Source: Octopus vulgaris
Taxonomy: Eukaryota
DNA: 64,000 nucleotides
Direction: 5' to 3'
Assembly: GCA_951406725.2 (NCBI GenBank)
Contig: OX597822.1
Coordinates: 1,798,001-1,862,000, forward strand
The notes beneath the pieces were generated by a model. That model did no database searches, had not been told where the DNA came from, and was given only the letters and a program-made list of their open reading frames with translations. Shown here one piece after another: positions 13,157 to 26,781 of the stretch. The translations under genes were made by a program, and so were the position numbers. Position 1 is the stretch's first letter, and each line of letters begins with the position of its first letter.

Positions 13157-13890
13157 CAAAGTTACAGAAAACAAAAACGAAGATAGGTGGGGGAACAACA
13201 AACCGGTGTATCGTTAACAGATACCCTTCTATATCTCTTATATCAACCTTACCTTTCATTTTACTTTATTTTTGTTTTTTATGTTATCTTCCTTTCTCTC
13301 CTCTCTCTCTCCTCCTCCTCTCTCCTTACTTACTCTCATATATTTATTTATCTATTAATCTTCTTGGCTTTTCTTGTACAGTATATTCTTAGACATTGTA
13401 TCTTTGCATACCATATTTTATCCCTTAATGTCACTCCTTAATTTCCCCCCTCATCCTACCGTTCTTTATATCTCTATATTTGTCACACTTTTTACCACTT
13501 AATAGCCACTTCCGCTACCATTCTGTTATTTATCCTTCGTATGCTCGTTTCTATTTCTGGATATTGTCAATATCCGGACTTTAACCTATATGGACCTATA
13601 CGGGATTATACCTAAACCCTTACGGACGTACCTCTAAACGATCGGAAAGTTGAACTATGAACTCTTATGCCCTCTTTTTTCTTCTCTTTCTTCATTTCCT
13701 CCTGTCCCCTATGTCGATACCCTTCTCATTTTCCCAAGTTGTTTCCGATGACGGAATATCCCATACTTTGTGATATCTCAGAAAAAGCTGCAAGACGTTG
13801 AATTTTCCCCAATAATAATAATGTATATGAGTTGAAATGTTTGTCTTGCTTTAACGTTTGATGTCCTCTTTAACAATTATATATAGGAAA
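13155..13890. mobile_element. Penelope-like element remnants with a degenerate HHR at 13741-13796 (+)
   Basis: gttt-CCGATGA-hairpin-GAAA-aagctg-ca-agac, the same design as 45.6 and 47.5 kb. The segment 13155-13220 resembles the terminus at 20965-21030. Confidence 0.5.
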
Positions 13891-14625
13891 TCTACAATGG
13901 CTCCGTAACTACCGTCTCGGCTATAACCTTGGAACTTTCGTAATGCATTACAACGCTTACCTAGCGTACCTAGTCGTTTAGATCACCTGTGAACTAAACC
14001 TCTATATTTTGTGTAAAAAACACACGAACATTACCAAATACACAGACGAACGGATAACACAGGTCCCCAACACCTCCTCAGTTATAGGTCTGTGGATCGA
14101 GAGAAATTTCGGCCATTATCGATAATATTGTATTCTCACTGGAGCCACAGGCAAAAATTTTGCCGGGAATTTGTACCTAAACATAACAAAATTAGACGGG
14201 CTCGAGATGAGAACGCTAGTGGATGGACGAGGGAAGGACAAGAAAAGGAATAAAGGTCTAGGGCCACACAAAGGCAACTATTTAAATGATAATAGTACAT
14301 ATATAACAAAAAAGCCTGAGGACCGCAAGGCAAGACAAAAATGGGTAACGTGAAGGAGAAATGGAAATCTGTCCTAATGGACTATAAACGGGGGAGGGGT
14401 CGAGCTCGGGGCTCGGAAAATCGTTACCAGTCCGGTCGAAAGCAAGAGGAAAAAGAATGGTACTGCCTTAGGCAGTCGCGGGCCACGTGATCGTGGAATG
14501 AGGGTAACAGAGAAAGGCAGACAGCTAGAGATAGAGAAAGAAAGAGAGAAACAGAAAGGAAATTATATATATGTATGCATGTGGGTGTGTGTATGTGTAT
14601 GCATATGTATGAATAATATGCGTCT

Positions 14626-14905
14626 GGAGCCACATGGCCCAGTGGTTAGAGCAGCGGACTCGCGGTCGAGGGATCGTGGGTTCGAATATCAGACCGGGCT
14701 ATGTGTGTTTTTATGAGCGGCTCCGTTAGAAGGTAATGGCGAACGTCTGCTGACTCTTTCGCCACAACTTTCTCTCACTCTTTCCTCTTGCATCTTGCAG
14801 CTCATCTGCGACGGACCGGCGTCCCGTCCAGGTGGGGAACCTATACGCCAAGAAACCGGGAAACCGGCCCTTATGAGCCAGGCATGGCTCGACAAGGAAC
14901 AAACA
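14626..14905 (+). mobile_element. tRNA-derived SINE, family C
   Basis: A/B boxes tggcccagtggttagagc and gggttcgaatatc; tail gaaaccgggaaaccggccc...atgagcc shared with 34978 copy. Confidence 0.85.
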
Positions 14906-15244
14906 ACAAAATAATATGCGTTAATGACATAGATCATCCTACGTTTTTACCAACTATTTTTCTGGAGTTGTCCAGATGAGGACCAGTAGCAATTATTTTT
15001 TATTTAGGCCCAAGGAGAAAGGCTTTGAGGAAAAAGGCTTTGTTAATTACATCACTGCCATTCTATTTCATCGACCCCCGAAAGAATAGAATTCAAAGTT
15101 TACTGTTAAGGGAATTGGACTGGGAATGAAAAAGACGATTGATAAAAATCAAAATGTTTTTTCAGATCATCTGCGGTTCTGCCAATTGTTCGCCATTTGA
15201 TCAGCAATAATATTTCTTTTTGCAAACATGTACAAGGGTAATTG

Positions 15245-15700
15245 ATAAAGGGTAAAGACCTCTGATCGGTCATGAACGACCCTGGGATTGAACCTAGAAT
15301 GTTACTCTCCAAGGCACAAGGCCGAACAAGATTGTTTATTAAAGATCAGCAGTCACCCATGCATACCTGTCTCCCCTCTTGGCGCCATCGATGCTATCCA
15401 AAGGAAAGACAAAAACCGACACATCTTGGTCCGGGAATCAAACTTTCTACCTCATGATTATTAGCCCTACTCTCTAACCACCAAGACACACTCCTACAAT
15501 ATGTAGAAGCCCTGAGATTTGGGGATGGGACGAGTCGATTACATCGATCCCAGTGCTTAAGTGATACATATTTCATCGAACTCGAATGGATGAAAGGTAA
15601 GGTTAACCTCGGTGAAATTCGAAGTAAGAACATAAAGGCGGACGAAATGCTGCTAAACCTTTCGTCCGGATAAACCTAACGAATCTCTCAGCTCACTGAC
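15245..15700 (-). mobile_element. Degenerate SINE cluster (family C-like heads followed by family B)
   Basis: gggattgaacc and ctctaaccacca heads; gtcgattacatcgatcccagtg...ggatgaaagg...aacctcgg family B body. Confidence 0.6.
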
Positions 15701-16596
15701 TTATGATCACCAGTAATAATATAAATGTATTTGTTCTGTACATTATAGTATCTTTCCTTACAAATTTGTTCTATCAAAATCGATATCAAACGGGAAATGT
15801 TCGCTTTTTATGATGAATAAAGTTAAGTTTACAGATAGCTTGTCCATATTGTAATAAGAATAAGTTTAATTAAGAGTTACGTGTAGAAGATTTAACAATT
15901 GCTCATTGAAATCGCCTCACAGCAGTGTCTCTTGTGAACTTAGTTACACTTTGATGTCTTTCACCTAACATTAAATACTATGTTTTGATTCGTTTGAAGT
16001 ATTGAGAAGTTTAAAAATAAGTCCGTTTAAATAGTTGCTCAAACGTAAATAAAACTATAAATAGTAATTTATATTATAACGGGTACAAATACTCCCAAGA
16101 CAGAAACAAAAAATCAGACAGATTTACTAACGGGAATGGAACCACATGTCTAGCGTTTACCTCATGGCAGTGCAGTATATAGCAGATGCGTGGTTCCATT
16201 CTCGAACATGATTTTGTTTACTTTTTCCTGCCAGGTTTATATTCCATTCTATTTTATTTATATATCCCCATTTAGATTTCAATAGCTTCTTAAAAGAACT
16301 CACTTTATTTTCTTAAATATGTCTAAATTTTATATCTATCTATATCAGCTTCAATTTCTAAAGACCATATTTCTCTTCAAGGAAACCAAGTTACTGAAAC
16401 AGTGCCATAGTACGTTTTCGGTGTGCATATAGAATCTCTGCTATATGTTACAAAATATGGAATCGATGGAGTGAGGTTAGATTTCCTTTCCGATTCCATT
16501 CCGTAATATGAAACCAGCGTTTCACAGGTGAGAATAAACATAATAAATATGCTCATACCTTTCCCAATCGCAACAGGAAAGTGTGAGAACAAGAAA

Positions 16597-17196
16597 TTTG
16601 AAATTCGAAACCGCTGTTAAGAAGCGAATACAGAAAATATATTGCCCCCAACAATTGCTCCTCATTTCTGTGCAAGGCAAGCAATTTTGAAGGCAGAGTG
16701 ATTCACCGATAGAATCAAAACAAATACCTAACAGCTACAATGTTATCTCGAGTCCAAATTTATATCAGCGGAAAATTAATATCAGAAGGAAAATGTATAA
16801 TGGTGGACGTTTTTTCTATTTCAAGCAGAGCGTAAAGAGTAGGGAAAATACCTAAAATTTATTCTACCAACGCTTCAGATATCCTGCCAGTCCACTGTTT
16901 TGAAATTGGCCTTGAAAGTACGCAAGACGATGCACATGTATATGAGGTGTATGACCGTTAGTTATGTCGTGGAGAGTTTGTGATATGAACTAAAAAACAA
17001 AAAAAAGCAAAATAGTAAATACACTGAAAAGCATTCAGTTCGGTAAAAGTGAGAACGTAAGCTAGCCAAACAATATCTGCTTTTCGTAATCTCTTTTAAT
17101 GAAGCCCGCCTTTTAGAAAAAAATATGTGCATGTACGAGTCAAGGATGTGTGTTTGTACGTGTATATGTATATATGTGTCTTGTAGGCGATAATAA
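16597..17196 (+). repeat. Local direct duplication, copy 1 (~600 bp)
   Basis: Near-identical to 18342-18943, from tttgaaattcgaaaccg to gtaggcgataataa. Confidence 0.95.
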
Positions 17197-18341
17197 GGAT
17201 CGAATATCAGTGGACAGCCTGGTAGTTAGTCACTTAAATCTAAGAAAAGGAAGAGGAATTTAAAATCAATCTTCTGCATAAACTCCAGATTTGATAATTA
17301 TTGAGCTAATTTATATAATCTGTTGTCTTTTACAGAATATTTATGGCATAAGTGAAGTGACATGTTCCCCATGTTGATCCGAAACTACATTGCATCTTCA
17401 TGATCCTGAAACATTATACTCTAAACTTTGTCGCGTGTTATTTACGAATGAATGCAGAAACATATTTAATGTGATACAGATTAGAAGTTTCCAAATTAAT
17501 TCAATTTTGAGAAGCAATCGCAGCCGAAAATGATGTTATTAACTGTAACCTATTTTAAAATGTCGCATGTTGGCTTCTGTTTGGTTTCTGTATTTATATG
17601 GAATAATAGAAGATAGTTACATGAAACGGCGTTGATGAGGCTGGTCTTGTCAACGGTAATATTTTGTGCACATATACTGTTGCATTTCTGCTCTCTTCTT
17701 CTCTGCATTATATTTGTTTTCTTTAAAAATTTGATCAAATCTAAAAGAAATTTGAAACGTGTGGTAAACGAGCCAGCCTTCTTATTCATACATCGGAAAT
17801 TTGTTTAAAAGTAAAGTCATGCAAATCGTTTATTAAAACTTCTGTTGACTAAACAGAAATATATATGATAAATATGTATGTATTATACGTACCAATGCAA
17901 AAATAGTGTCAACTCTTTGACTTTGCGAGATGAGCCTAATCTATACGTGAGCTGTTGTACTTGTTGACTTCTGTGTGTTGTGCTATTCATGCCATTCTTT
18001 AACGATATTAGCAGAGAGATGTAAAGTGACGCAAACACAACCAACTTGTATCGCAAACGCCTTTCCCTCAGGACGTGTGAGAAAATAGATCTAATCCTAA
18101 TTCAAAATTAAAGATGTTTATTGTTCCACAATTAAGATAGAAATATTGTTTTATTAAAATAAGCAATAGAAAAACTGGAAACTATTATGTTTCATAAGAA
18201 ACTATTGTATTAAACTATAATTAAATCGAAAGTAATTATAGAAATAATGAATCCAATTAAAATGTGTTACTGATGATTAAATATACTGAAACTGATAACC
18301 TCAATACATGATCATAAAAAATATATTGAAAATGGGAAGGT

Positions 18342-18943
18342 TTTGAAATTCGAAACCGTTGTTGAGAAGCGAATACAGAAAATATATTGCCCCCAACAAT
18401 TGCTCCTCATTTCTGTGCAAGGCAAGCAATTTTGAAGGCAGAGTGATTCACCGATAGAATCAAAACAAATACCTAACAGCTACAATGTTATCTCGAGTCC
18501 AAATTTATATCAGCGGAAAATTAATATCAGAAGGAAAATTTATAACGGTGGACGTTTTTTCTATTTCAAGCAGAGCATAAAGAGTAGGGAAAATACCTAA
18601 AATTTATTCTACCAACGCTTCAGATATCCTGCCAGTCCACTGTTTTGAAATTGGCCTTGAAAGTACGCAAGACAATGCACATGTATATGAGGTGTATGAC
18701 CGTTAGTTATGTCGTGGGGAGTTTGTGATATGAACTAAAAAACAAAAAAAAAGCAAAATAGTAAATACACTGAAAAGCATTCAGTTCGGTAAAAGTGAGA
18801 ACGTAAACTAGTCAAAGAATATCTGCTTTCCGTAATCTCTTTTAATGAAGCCCGCCTTTTAGAAAAGAAATGTGTGCATGTACGAGTCAAGGATGTGTGA
18901 TTGTACGTGTATATGTATATATGTGTCTTGTAGGCGATAATAA
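18342..18943 (+). repeat. Local direct duplication, copy 2
   Basis: Near-identical to 16597-17196, with scattered substitutions and small indels. Confidence 0.95.
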
Positions 18944-19924
18944 AAAAGCGTTATGGATAGCGAATACGAATATAGCTGTGTTGTACTCCTACTGCTCTCT
19001 AACACCATATTTTGTCAAAACACCTCTCTTGAGATGCTCGGACAGATGTGGAACCGATTCAGTTGATACCAGCATACTAAGCGGTATTTTATTTTATCGT
19101 ACTTGGGAGAATTTAAAAATTGACTTGGCTGGAGCTCACGATACAAAGAACCACAACAAATACCAAAAATATTCTTGTCCGACGCTCTAACGATCGTTTA
19201 GTATTTACTTGGGGAATTTATAGGGATTTTACTGTGTTATCAAACCTTGTTAGATGCATAACATATTGTAATAGTATGCAATGTTAGGTGTCAAAGCCTA
19301 TGTTTGTCAAGTGCTTGGACTAATAAAATAAGTTTAAAACCAGCTTTATTAAAAATGGCGACTTATTTTTCGCCCTCTTTTTAATTTTTACTACCCATTC
19401 CCATGAAAAAACAATGTCTAGTTTACAAGATTTTGAACTGTTGATCTGATTTTAACAATCTCCTGTTTTCAGTTGATTGCAGCTATTTCAGAACCCCCCA
19501 CAGCATTTAACGGAATTCCATCTTTTGCAAACTGATGACATTCTTCCTTCCTCCAAGAAACCATGAACTCCTCAAAAATAGGTCCATGGCGCATTTCCTG
19601 AGATTACAGCATGAAAATGTTTGATAATCATACAAATGTAAGTTACGGTAGTACACATTATTTTTTTCTAAGCAAGGAACAGAACAAAGGGAAGCGTCAA
19701 TATATAAGTGCAATTTATGCCTAGCCAAAGCATTAACTGCGGAATATATAGCTTTAAAATATTTAGGTCAAAGAATGAAGAATAATACCAAAAACCGGTT
19801 TGAATCTTAATTGTTAGAATCTCTGAGAACGCGTATGAGGAAGTGAAGAATTTATCCTCAAGCCGAGAAAATGAGTAGAAACACTTCTAAAAGCACCCAA
19901 GCTTTAATTAAAGACACCTTTACT

Positions 19925-20305
19925 TATTAAAAATATTTATTATTAATAAATGTTTTCATAACATTAAATTATGTAAATTAAAAGATATTAATAACGTTAA
20001 TAAATATAATTTGTTTATTATTAATAAGATTTAGCTCGTGAAAATCATTTCCAAATAATATTAATTCATGGAAATTACTGTTTATTAATAACATTAATAC
20101 ATATAATTTGCTAGTTAATAATTAAGTTTTGCTCATCAAAAAATTTCTAAGAATTAATAATATTAATTCTTGTGAAACTTACTAGTTTTGAAAAATATTA
20201 ATTCGTTTGAATTATTGATAACATTATTTAGTGCTAATTGCTAGTTATTAATAATATAAAGTTATGTAAATTGTTAGTTATTAACAACATAAATTCGTGT
20301 AAATG
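19925..20305. repeat. AT-rich degenerate minisatellite (unit about 32 bp)
   Basis: Recurring ttattaataacattaa...aattgctag units. Confidence 0.7.
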
Positions 20306-20962
20306 TCTCTATCAATGCATCAAGGGTTTTGAGCTTTGACGTGAAGTAAAGCATTTTGTGACGTCGACAGTCCTGCCCACTGCCTGCCCGTGGTTTATTC
20401 CATGGAACATCGAAGTCTGTATGTTGAAGTCAGATCAGCAGTACTTTAATGAGTTTAGTGGTTTAACGAATGTAACTAATCACTATTAACCATCCTCTTT
20501 GGTAAATTTGTATTTTTGAAGACAAGCGACGACCAAATTTTATGTCTAAAATGAAAGTTCAAGAACACATATTTTAAGAGGGAAACAGTCAAGTTCAGCC
20601 GCTCTTGTACCTTACAATAACGTATTTCGCACGTAGCAGGTGTTTCAAATGCCAATTGCGTTTAAGAAGGTTATGGATGTAAATCGCTTTGAGAAAATCA
20701 AAATACCAATAGGTCTCAAAATTTAAATTATGACGACTGTATTTGGATTCTGTTCACTTTCACTGCCATCATGATAACTGTAAATCTAAAGCCTCTACGT
20801 GCTAGTTTTAAACATGGAAATTACATTTGCATCCAAAAGAATTTGAAATTACATCAAACAACACCTGTACTCCAAATATTTGTTCATAAATGATTTTAAA
20901 AGATAGTAATTCAACATTGAACATCCATGTGCATATTATTTGTGTGTATAGTGTATATATAT

Positions 20963-21155
20963 CTAAAGGGAAAGTTTACGAAAATAAACAAAAGACGAAG
21001 GCAGGTGGAGTACAAACATACAAATGTATTAGTATAGCGCTCGGGAATAGAAAAAGTCTTTTACGTTTCGAGCCTACGCTCTTCGACAGAAAGATACACA
21101 GAAAAAACAAGGAGAGAAAAAAATGCGTGTAGGAGCTAACGGTCTATCATGGCGT

Positions 21156-21158
<3 letters not shown>
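20963..21158 (-). mobile_element. Short HHR-bearing Penelope-like terminus/retrozyme in TA-rich context
   Basis: HHR at 21057-21094; same architecture as 55362-55570; flanked by TA repeats. Confidence 0.6.
21057..21094 (-). ncRNA. Minimal type I hammerhead motif (core CUGUCGA, A6U)
   Basis: UCUUU-CUGUCGA-A-GAGC-GUAG-GCUC-GAAA-C-GUA-AAAGA; perfect stems I and II, palindromic ACGU stem III. Confidence 0.65.
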
Positions 21159-21228
<70 letters not shown>

Positions 21229-21734
21229 TGTGTGTATACATATATATATATACACATATATACATACACATATATACATAAATGTGTGGGTGTGTGTTAA
21301 CTTTCGAATATATATCAAAATGTTTAAAGATGCGAACAATAAAACCATAAATTACAACCTCAATATGAAAACGATGTGAATTATGAAAAGACGTTTTTCT
21401 CACTACTATGGAAACGTGTACACGTGTTATTTAAATAAATTCGTTCGAATATTTGAGTATTCATATGTTTATGCGTTTGTGTGTGCATGTTGTGCGTGTG
21501 TACATGTGTGTGCGTGTGTGCATGCGTAGATATATGTAATCGACGGATCCCCTCTCTGATAAGTCGACCCCACTACTCGACTAATACTTACTTTCTCAAT
21601 CAGTGAAGTTTGAAAGGCTAAGACGACCTCGACGCAGTTTGGACTCAGAACGTACAGACGGACGAAATGCCTCAAAGTATTGTATCTGGCGTGCTGACGA
21701 ATTTGGAAGCTTACCTCCTTAATGACAAAATCAA

Positions 21735-21769
21735 AACGACAACGAGGACAACGACGACAATGACAACAA

Positions 21770-21858
<89 letters not shown>

Positions 21859-21907
21859 TTACTATTACTAATAATAATACTAATAATAATAACAATAATA
21901 ATAATGA

Positions 21908-21941
<34 letters not shown>

Positions 21942-22017
21942 GGTGGTGGTGATGATGATGATGATGATGATGATGATAATGATGATGATGATGATAATAA
22001 TAATAATAATGATGATG

Positions 22018-22083
<66 letters not shown>

Positions 22084-22084
22084 T
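21735..22084. repeat. Compound trinucleotide array (ACA/CTA/ATA/ATG/GTG/ATA)
   Basis: Directly visible; produces poly-L/I/M/V pseudo-ORFs. Confidence 0.95.
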
Positions 22085-22476
22085 AGTTGTCAGAGATCAT
22101 GAAGAAAAAAAATGCTTTCTAATTGATGTATCAATACCGGCAGATGACAACGTGTCTATAAAAGAAATGGAGAAACTTTCAAAATACAAAAAACCTGGAA
22201 ATAGAAGTAACCAGAATGTGGAATCTAAAAACAGAAGCAATTCCTATCATAGAAGGTGCATTAGGCAATATTCAGACAAATACATAACAAAAACACCAGG
22301 ACTTACAAACACATATAACATACAGAAAATTGCACTACTAGGCACTGCACACATCCTACGCAGAATACTTTCCATACAATAACCATCAGAGCATCACAAC
22401 AAATCACAGCACATACCTAAGGCACACAGAGCTGCGCTCGGTAGTGAAGTGAAAGCACGCTATAAAAATAAAACTA

Positions 22477-22479
<3 letters not shown>
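22085..22479 (+). mobile_element. R4/Dong-like RLE retrotransposon 3' end (family 1) in (TAA)n
   Basis: IVVRDHEEKKCFLIDVSIPADDNVSIKEMEKLSKYK...IQKIALLGTAHILRRILSIQ with frameshifts; 3' UTR ends aaactactg then (AAT)n; same family as 40081-40845. Confidence 0.9.
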
Positions 22480-22547
<68 letters not shown>

Positions 22548-22554
22548 TAAATGG

Positions 22555-23080
22555 AGCTGATGCGATACTAGGCAGGGACTCTCATGGTTTCTGATCTTAC
22601 CTGATTGGGGGAGTTATCATATACATTGTTTTGTCTTGGTATAAAAGATGGGCTACAGCAAATATTCTGCTCAATACCACAGATTTGCTTGTCGGTTCTT
22701 TGACCTTAAGCAGTTGAGTATGTCTCTTAGTGGCTGACTATATGTGCATCTATATGTGCGAGCAGAACTAGTGGGGGAGCATCATAGCCATGTGTTGAGA
22801 GGAATTCTTTGGGGGTTGAATAATTCACCTCTGGAAACATGGATGTTTCGTTCTACATCCTTAAACAACCCTTATTCATGGACCTTTTGAGCAGGATTGG
22901 CTACACGACCTGAAGAAAATTCCAACTGGGCCTAACCTGCATGATCGTGAGCTATTTATCTTGATATGAAATCCCCATGTCGCGCACTTATGGCTGTGAT
23001 GCATGTGCCTGGTATACCCTTATCAGACGGGTAGTCACGATGGGTATACTGGACTTCGTGCCACTCGATGGCATGCTCAC
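22555..23080. mobile_element. Unclassified repeat (family D) between (TAA)n tracts
   Basis: Homologous to 41900-42160 and 58420-58497 (acccttatcagacgggt...gatgggtatactgg). Confidence 0.65.
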
Positions 23081-23087
23081 TCAATAA

Positions 23088-23130
<43 letters not shown>

Positions 23131-23131
23131 C

Positions 23132-23182
<51 letters not shown>

Positions 23183-23249
23183 GTCATAAAAATATTTGTG
23201 TGTTTGTGTGTGTGTGAGTGTGAGTTCTCCCATACATGGCATTTGTCCC

Positions 23250-23650
23250 ATGATGATGAGTGACCATCACAGACAAATTATTTCATTCGAGATGCTAAAG
23301 AAAATGCCAGCAATGCCCTTACTGAGCTTTAAAGTGAAAAGCAGTTTGCACGACGACGCTAAGACTCACACCTTCAAGGCCAAAATTAGTCCTGAATCAA
23401 GCAAGTGCCAGATTACTCGTTTCCCAATGACACGAGTTTCCTTCTCCTCGAGAGATGTCGAAATCAAGTCTAGTTACTCACTCTTGTTGGATGATCGTTG
23501 ACTCCACCGAATTCTTCCGTCTGTTTGCGGTTTCTTCCCTCTTTTCTTCTGGCAAGATGACCAACGAAACCCACCCACCTGATCAAGTAGGTTTTGTAGG
23601 GTTACCTGTTTAGTCGCCGATGACCCGGCCATGCGACAGCTTGCACTGAG
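23250..23650 (-). mobile_element. Probable RTE-type LINE 5' UTR/AP-endonuclease remnant
   Basis: GC-richer island; minus strand gives degraded TRLDFDI...ETRVIG...EGVSL, resembling the ELAR..IDIAAL.ETR...GVGF pattern. Confidence 0.4.
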
Positions 23651-23679
23651 TAAAACTTTAATAGTAGCATACATGATTT

Positions 23680-24094
23680 GGATCTTTTCGGTTTGAACGG
23701 CAGTTTTTTCTAGCGGTGTCATATGAAATTGTCACCCATAATTATGACCCTAGTATCGATCTATTGCATTTCAATCTATTTTAGATTTAGGGTTATGGAT
23801 GCGGGGAAGGATATCTTTTTTCTTCAGAAATGTAAATAAACCCAATCCGTTTCTTAAACAAGGGACATATTCATACGGCACAGAATGTTGTTTACCTGAA
23901 TAGACGTCATTGATTGGTTGAAATTTCAGAAATTGAAGAAAAAAACAACAAATATCTTACAAACTATAGAATTTTCTCAATAAAGCCAAGAGAAAAACAT
24001 GTTTTATAAACACATTCTACCAGTATACGAAGTTTAAAATTTGTTAGTTACCTAGAAATTATGTTAAAAACTGCCGTTCAAACCGAAAAGTTCC
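23680..24094 (+). mobile_element. MITE with ~28-bp TIRs and 8-bp TSD, copy 1
   Basis: TIR ggatcttttcggtttgaacggcagttttt / aaaaactgccgttcaaaccgaaaagttcc; TSD catgattt at 23672-23679 and 24095-24102. Confidence 0.92.
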
Positions 24095-24630
24095 CATGAT
24101 TTTTATAACACAATATCAAGTCCACACTAAGATGCTTTAAAGAATATCTGCAACCATCACATTCTACCTATAAAGCAACTACTTACGATAACCCACGAAT
24201 CTACCTGTTGACACTTGCACAAATAGCATAGTCGCACGCAGAAGCACATACACACTCACACATAAACACACGCACACACACACACACACCAATTATCGAA
24301 TATCTTGTTGGTTCAGCATCTCAAGTAATTTGAATGCAATAATGATATCCTAATTAAAAATCGCTGTCTTTCTTCAGCTATACTTAAATATATTTTGTGC
24401 CCGAACAAAGCAATTCTAAGAAGAGAGAACACATAATATTTCTTTCACTTTCTCATCTGTTTCTTTTATTACTTTCAATTCTGTTTTATTATTTAAATCC
24501 TGCAATAAAATTAACAAGGAATACCGTGCGAAGCAGAACGTAAATGCTTTTGAGAATTTATCCTTCGGGCGAAGAGAAAAAGTCAATGAGAAAACACACA
24601 CACATACATGTATGCATGCATGTATGTATG

Positions 24631-24669
<39 letters not shown>

Positions 24670-24710
24670 TCATAAATACATACCTATATATATGTATACG
24701 AACATACACA

Positions 24711-24752
<42 letters not shown>

Positions 24753-25269
24753 TACACATATGTCCATATGATGATGATATTCCGTAGGAGCGGAATACAG
24801 GATTGAATTATTGCAATGAAAAAAAGAGTGTGAAATTGAGTAGATATGTTGTGAATAGAAGACAGGCGAAGAGAGTAGCTATTATAAAATAACTAATAGA
24901 AAGACGAAAAAATCCATTTTGTTACCATAGCTGTGTGGTTAATAACGTTGTTTATCTTGCACAAGTGGCTTCCAAGGTATTGTCGGTATTAGAAACGAAT
25001 AGCATGTGAAAAATGGTGCCTGAAAACGATATAGAGACTCCTATCGTATCATATTCTATCCTTTTCATACTAATAACCACCACGTGATATTCTTCGTTAG
25101 AAAGTTGAGTAGTCCACATTACTGTGGCAGAAAATATCCTCTACTCTTTCTGTTTATGTCTATGCTTTATGCTTTACTGCAAATAATAGAGGAATAATGA
25201 TGCGGCGTTGATGATGCATATGAAGGTAGGAATATGTTTATAATTTTGTCTTCTTGTTACCATGAAATC

Positions 25270-25800
25270 AGATCCATTTTGCCTTTATGGCATTCTAATG
25301 CCGGTGTGTGATTGTTACTGGTGTCTTGCAAACAACTTGCACGTGCAAGTGCTACCAGTCAAAAACTCCGCATACCGGAAGTCATCAGGAGAAAATGCGC
25401 CCCGTTTCGGGGCCTACTTCTCGACGGCATCAATGCGCACCGGCTTCCACTCACTGATATGATGTCCCGCTTGCTAGATCAGCTGGTTATCAAATAAAGT
25501 TCAATATCCTTCTAGCCATCGCTCATCGTCTCTTTTTAACCAAATCCAGTGGCTAGCCTTCTCCACTGTAGATTGGATATCGGTCATGGTGGTATTGACT
25601 TTACGATGCGTTAGGCCTAGCGATAACAACAGTCGTCTCACACTGTGTCCGACGTACCTTCTACATCCGACTTCGATTGGAAAATGTTCCGCTTTCCAGC
25701 CTGCGTCTTCATATACCTCGAGGAGGTTTACATAACGGTTAAATTTTCGAGCCCGAGCGGCGTCCATATTATCTTCATGAGGAACCGTTAACTCGACTAT
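25270..25800 (-). mobile_element. HERO/NeSL-like RLE non-LTR retrotransposon 3' end
   Basis: IVELTVPHEDNMDAARARKFNRY...GWKAEHFPIEVGCRRY...EKASHWIWLKR, the typical ELTVP...K..Y...PIEVGCRG RLE motif, followed by a GC-richer 3' UTR. Confidence 0.85.
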
Positions 25801-26019
25801 TCTTGCTTAAAATTATCTGCAGTTGCCGCCATATTTTCGGGTAATTTCTCTCGAAGAGTGTTTCGATAAATCAAATATGTCTTTTAGGGAATTGAGAACA
25901 CAATTCTTAGTCTTTTCTGTCTATGTGAAGGGCACAAACTATTTTCAGTTATTTGTTATAACTCACGGACATACACGAGTACACACATGCTTGCACACAG
26001 ACAAAAACCATGCATAAGA

Positions 26020-26320
26020 GATCCCCCATTTAGGAATCTACAGCTATTCTATCCAGATTACAAGTTCAGGTTTATGCTTGTAATTATTGGGGCACTGAGA
26101 TATGTAACACGCGGCCTAAATACCAATCTTGAGAACTTAGGTTTCTCAAAACGAAAAGCCGATTCGGAAACTTCAGATCCAAGCCATCACTGGAACCAGA
26201 AGTGTATCATTTAAATATATATGAGCATATCTAGATATGCAACTATATGCATCAGAATACATACATAAAACAAAACATACTGATCTGCACATATACATAC
26301 ATACATACATACATACAATC
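26020..26320 (+). mobile_element. Another RLE-type retrotransposon C-terminal remnant with a (TACA)n-type tail
   Basis: FRNLQLFYPDYKFRFMLVIIGALRYVTRGLNTNLENLGFSK / RKLQIQAITGT, i.e. the P.IIGALG motif. Confidence 0.65.
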
Positions 26321-26694
26321 GTACGTACGTACGTAAATAAAGGCATACATACATGTTGGTGTGATAGTATTTACAAGCGCAAATCAGTCACCGCAGTTGA
26401 CTGAATTATATATAAAGTTATTGTTTTATAAGTTTGTTCAGAGTCACATCTTTTAGATACATGCCATTGACAAGTATCAATAAACTCGAAACATCGATGT
26501 CTGCGATTCCTAATAGATGGCGACACTGAACAAACCGGATGTTTTACACCTTTTACAATTAGCGAGATATTTTCTCCAGAGTAACTGCTGTGTATTTCCC
26601 TTTTGGCAGTTGAAATATGTCACAAACATATTTTTAACTAACATATAACCTAAATTTTGTTTATGCCTAAACACTGCTTGGTGCTAACATTTTG

Positions 26695-26781
<87 letters not shown>

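Noticed and set aside
14060-14150. Possible additional hammerhead on the minus strand
   Set aside because: GAAA and CUGAGGA are present but not in a consistent three-stem arrangement.
14626-14700. tRNA-like sequence with A and B boxes (also 34978 and 62817)
   Set aside because: SINE heads continuing into SINE bodies; no proper acceptor stem or terminator.
16377-16592. 71-aa minus ORF with a hydrophobic start
   Set aside because: No recognisable homology, and competing splice signals on the plus strand.
21667-22100. Poly-L/I/M/S ORFs resembling membrane proteins
   Set aside because: Trinucleotide arrays.
23600-23650. Possible HDV-like ribozyme P4/J4-2 (gtcgc...gcgaCTAA) at an RTE-like 5' end
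   Set aside because: P1-P3 could not be identified; the region appears truncated.
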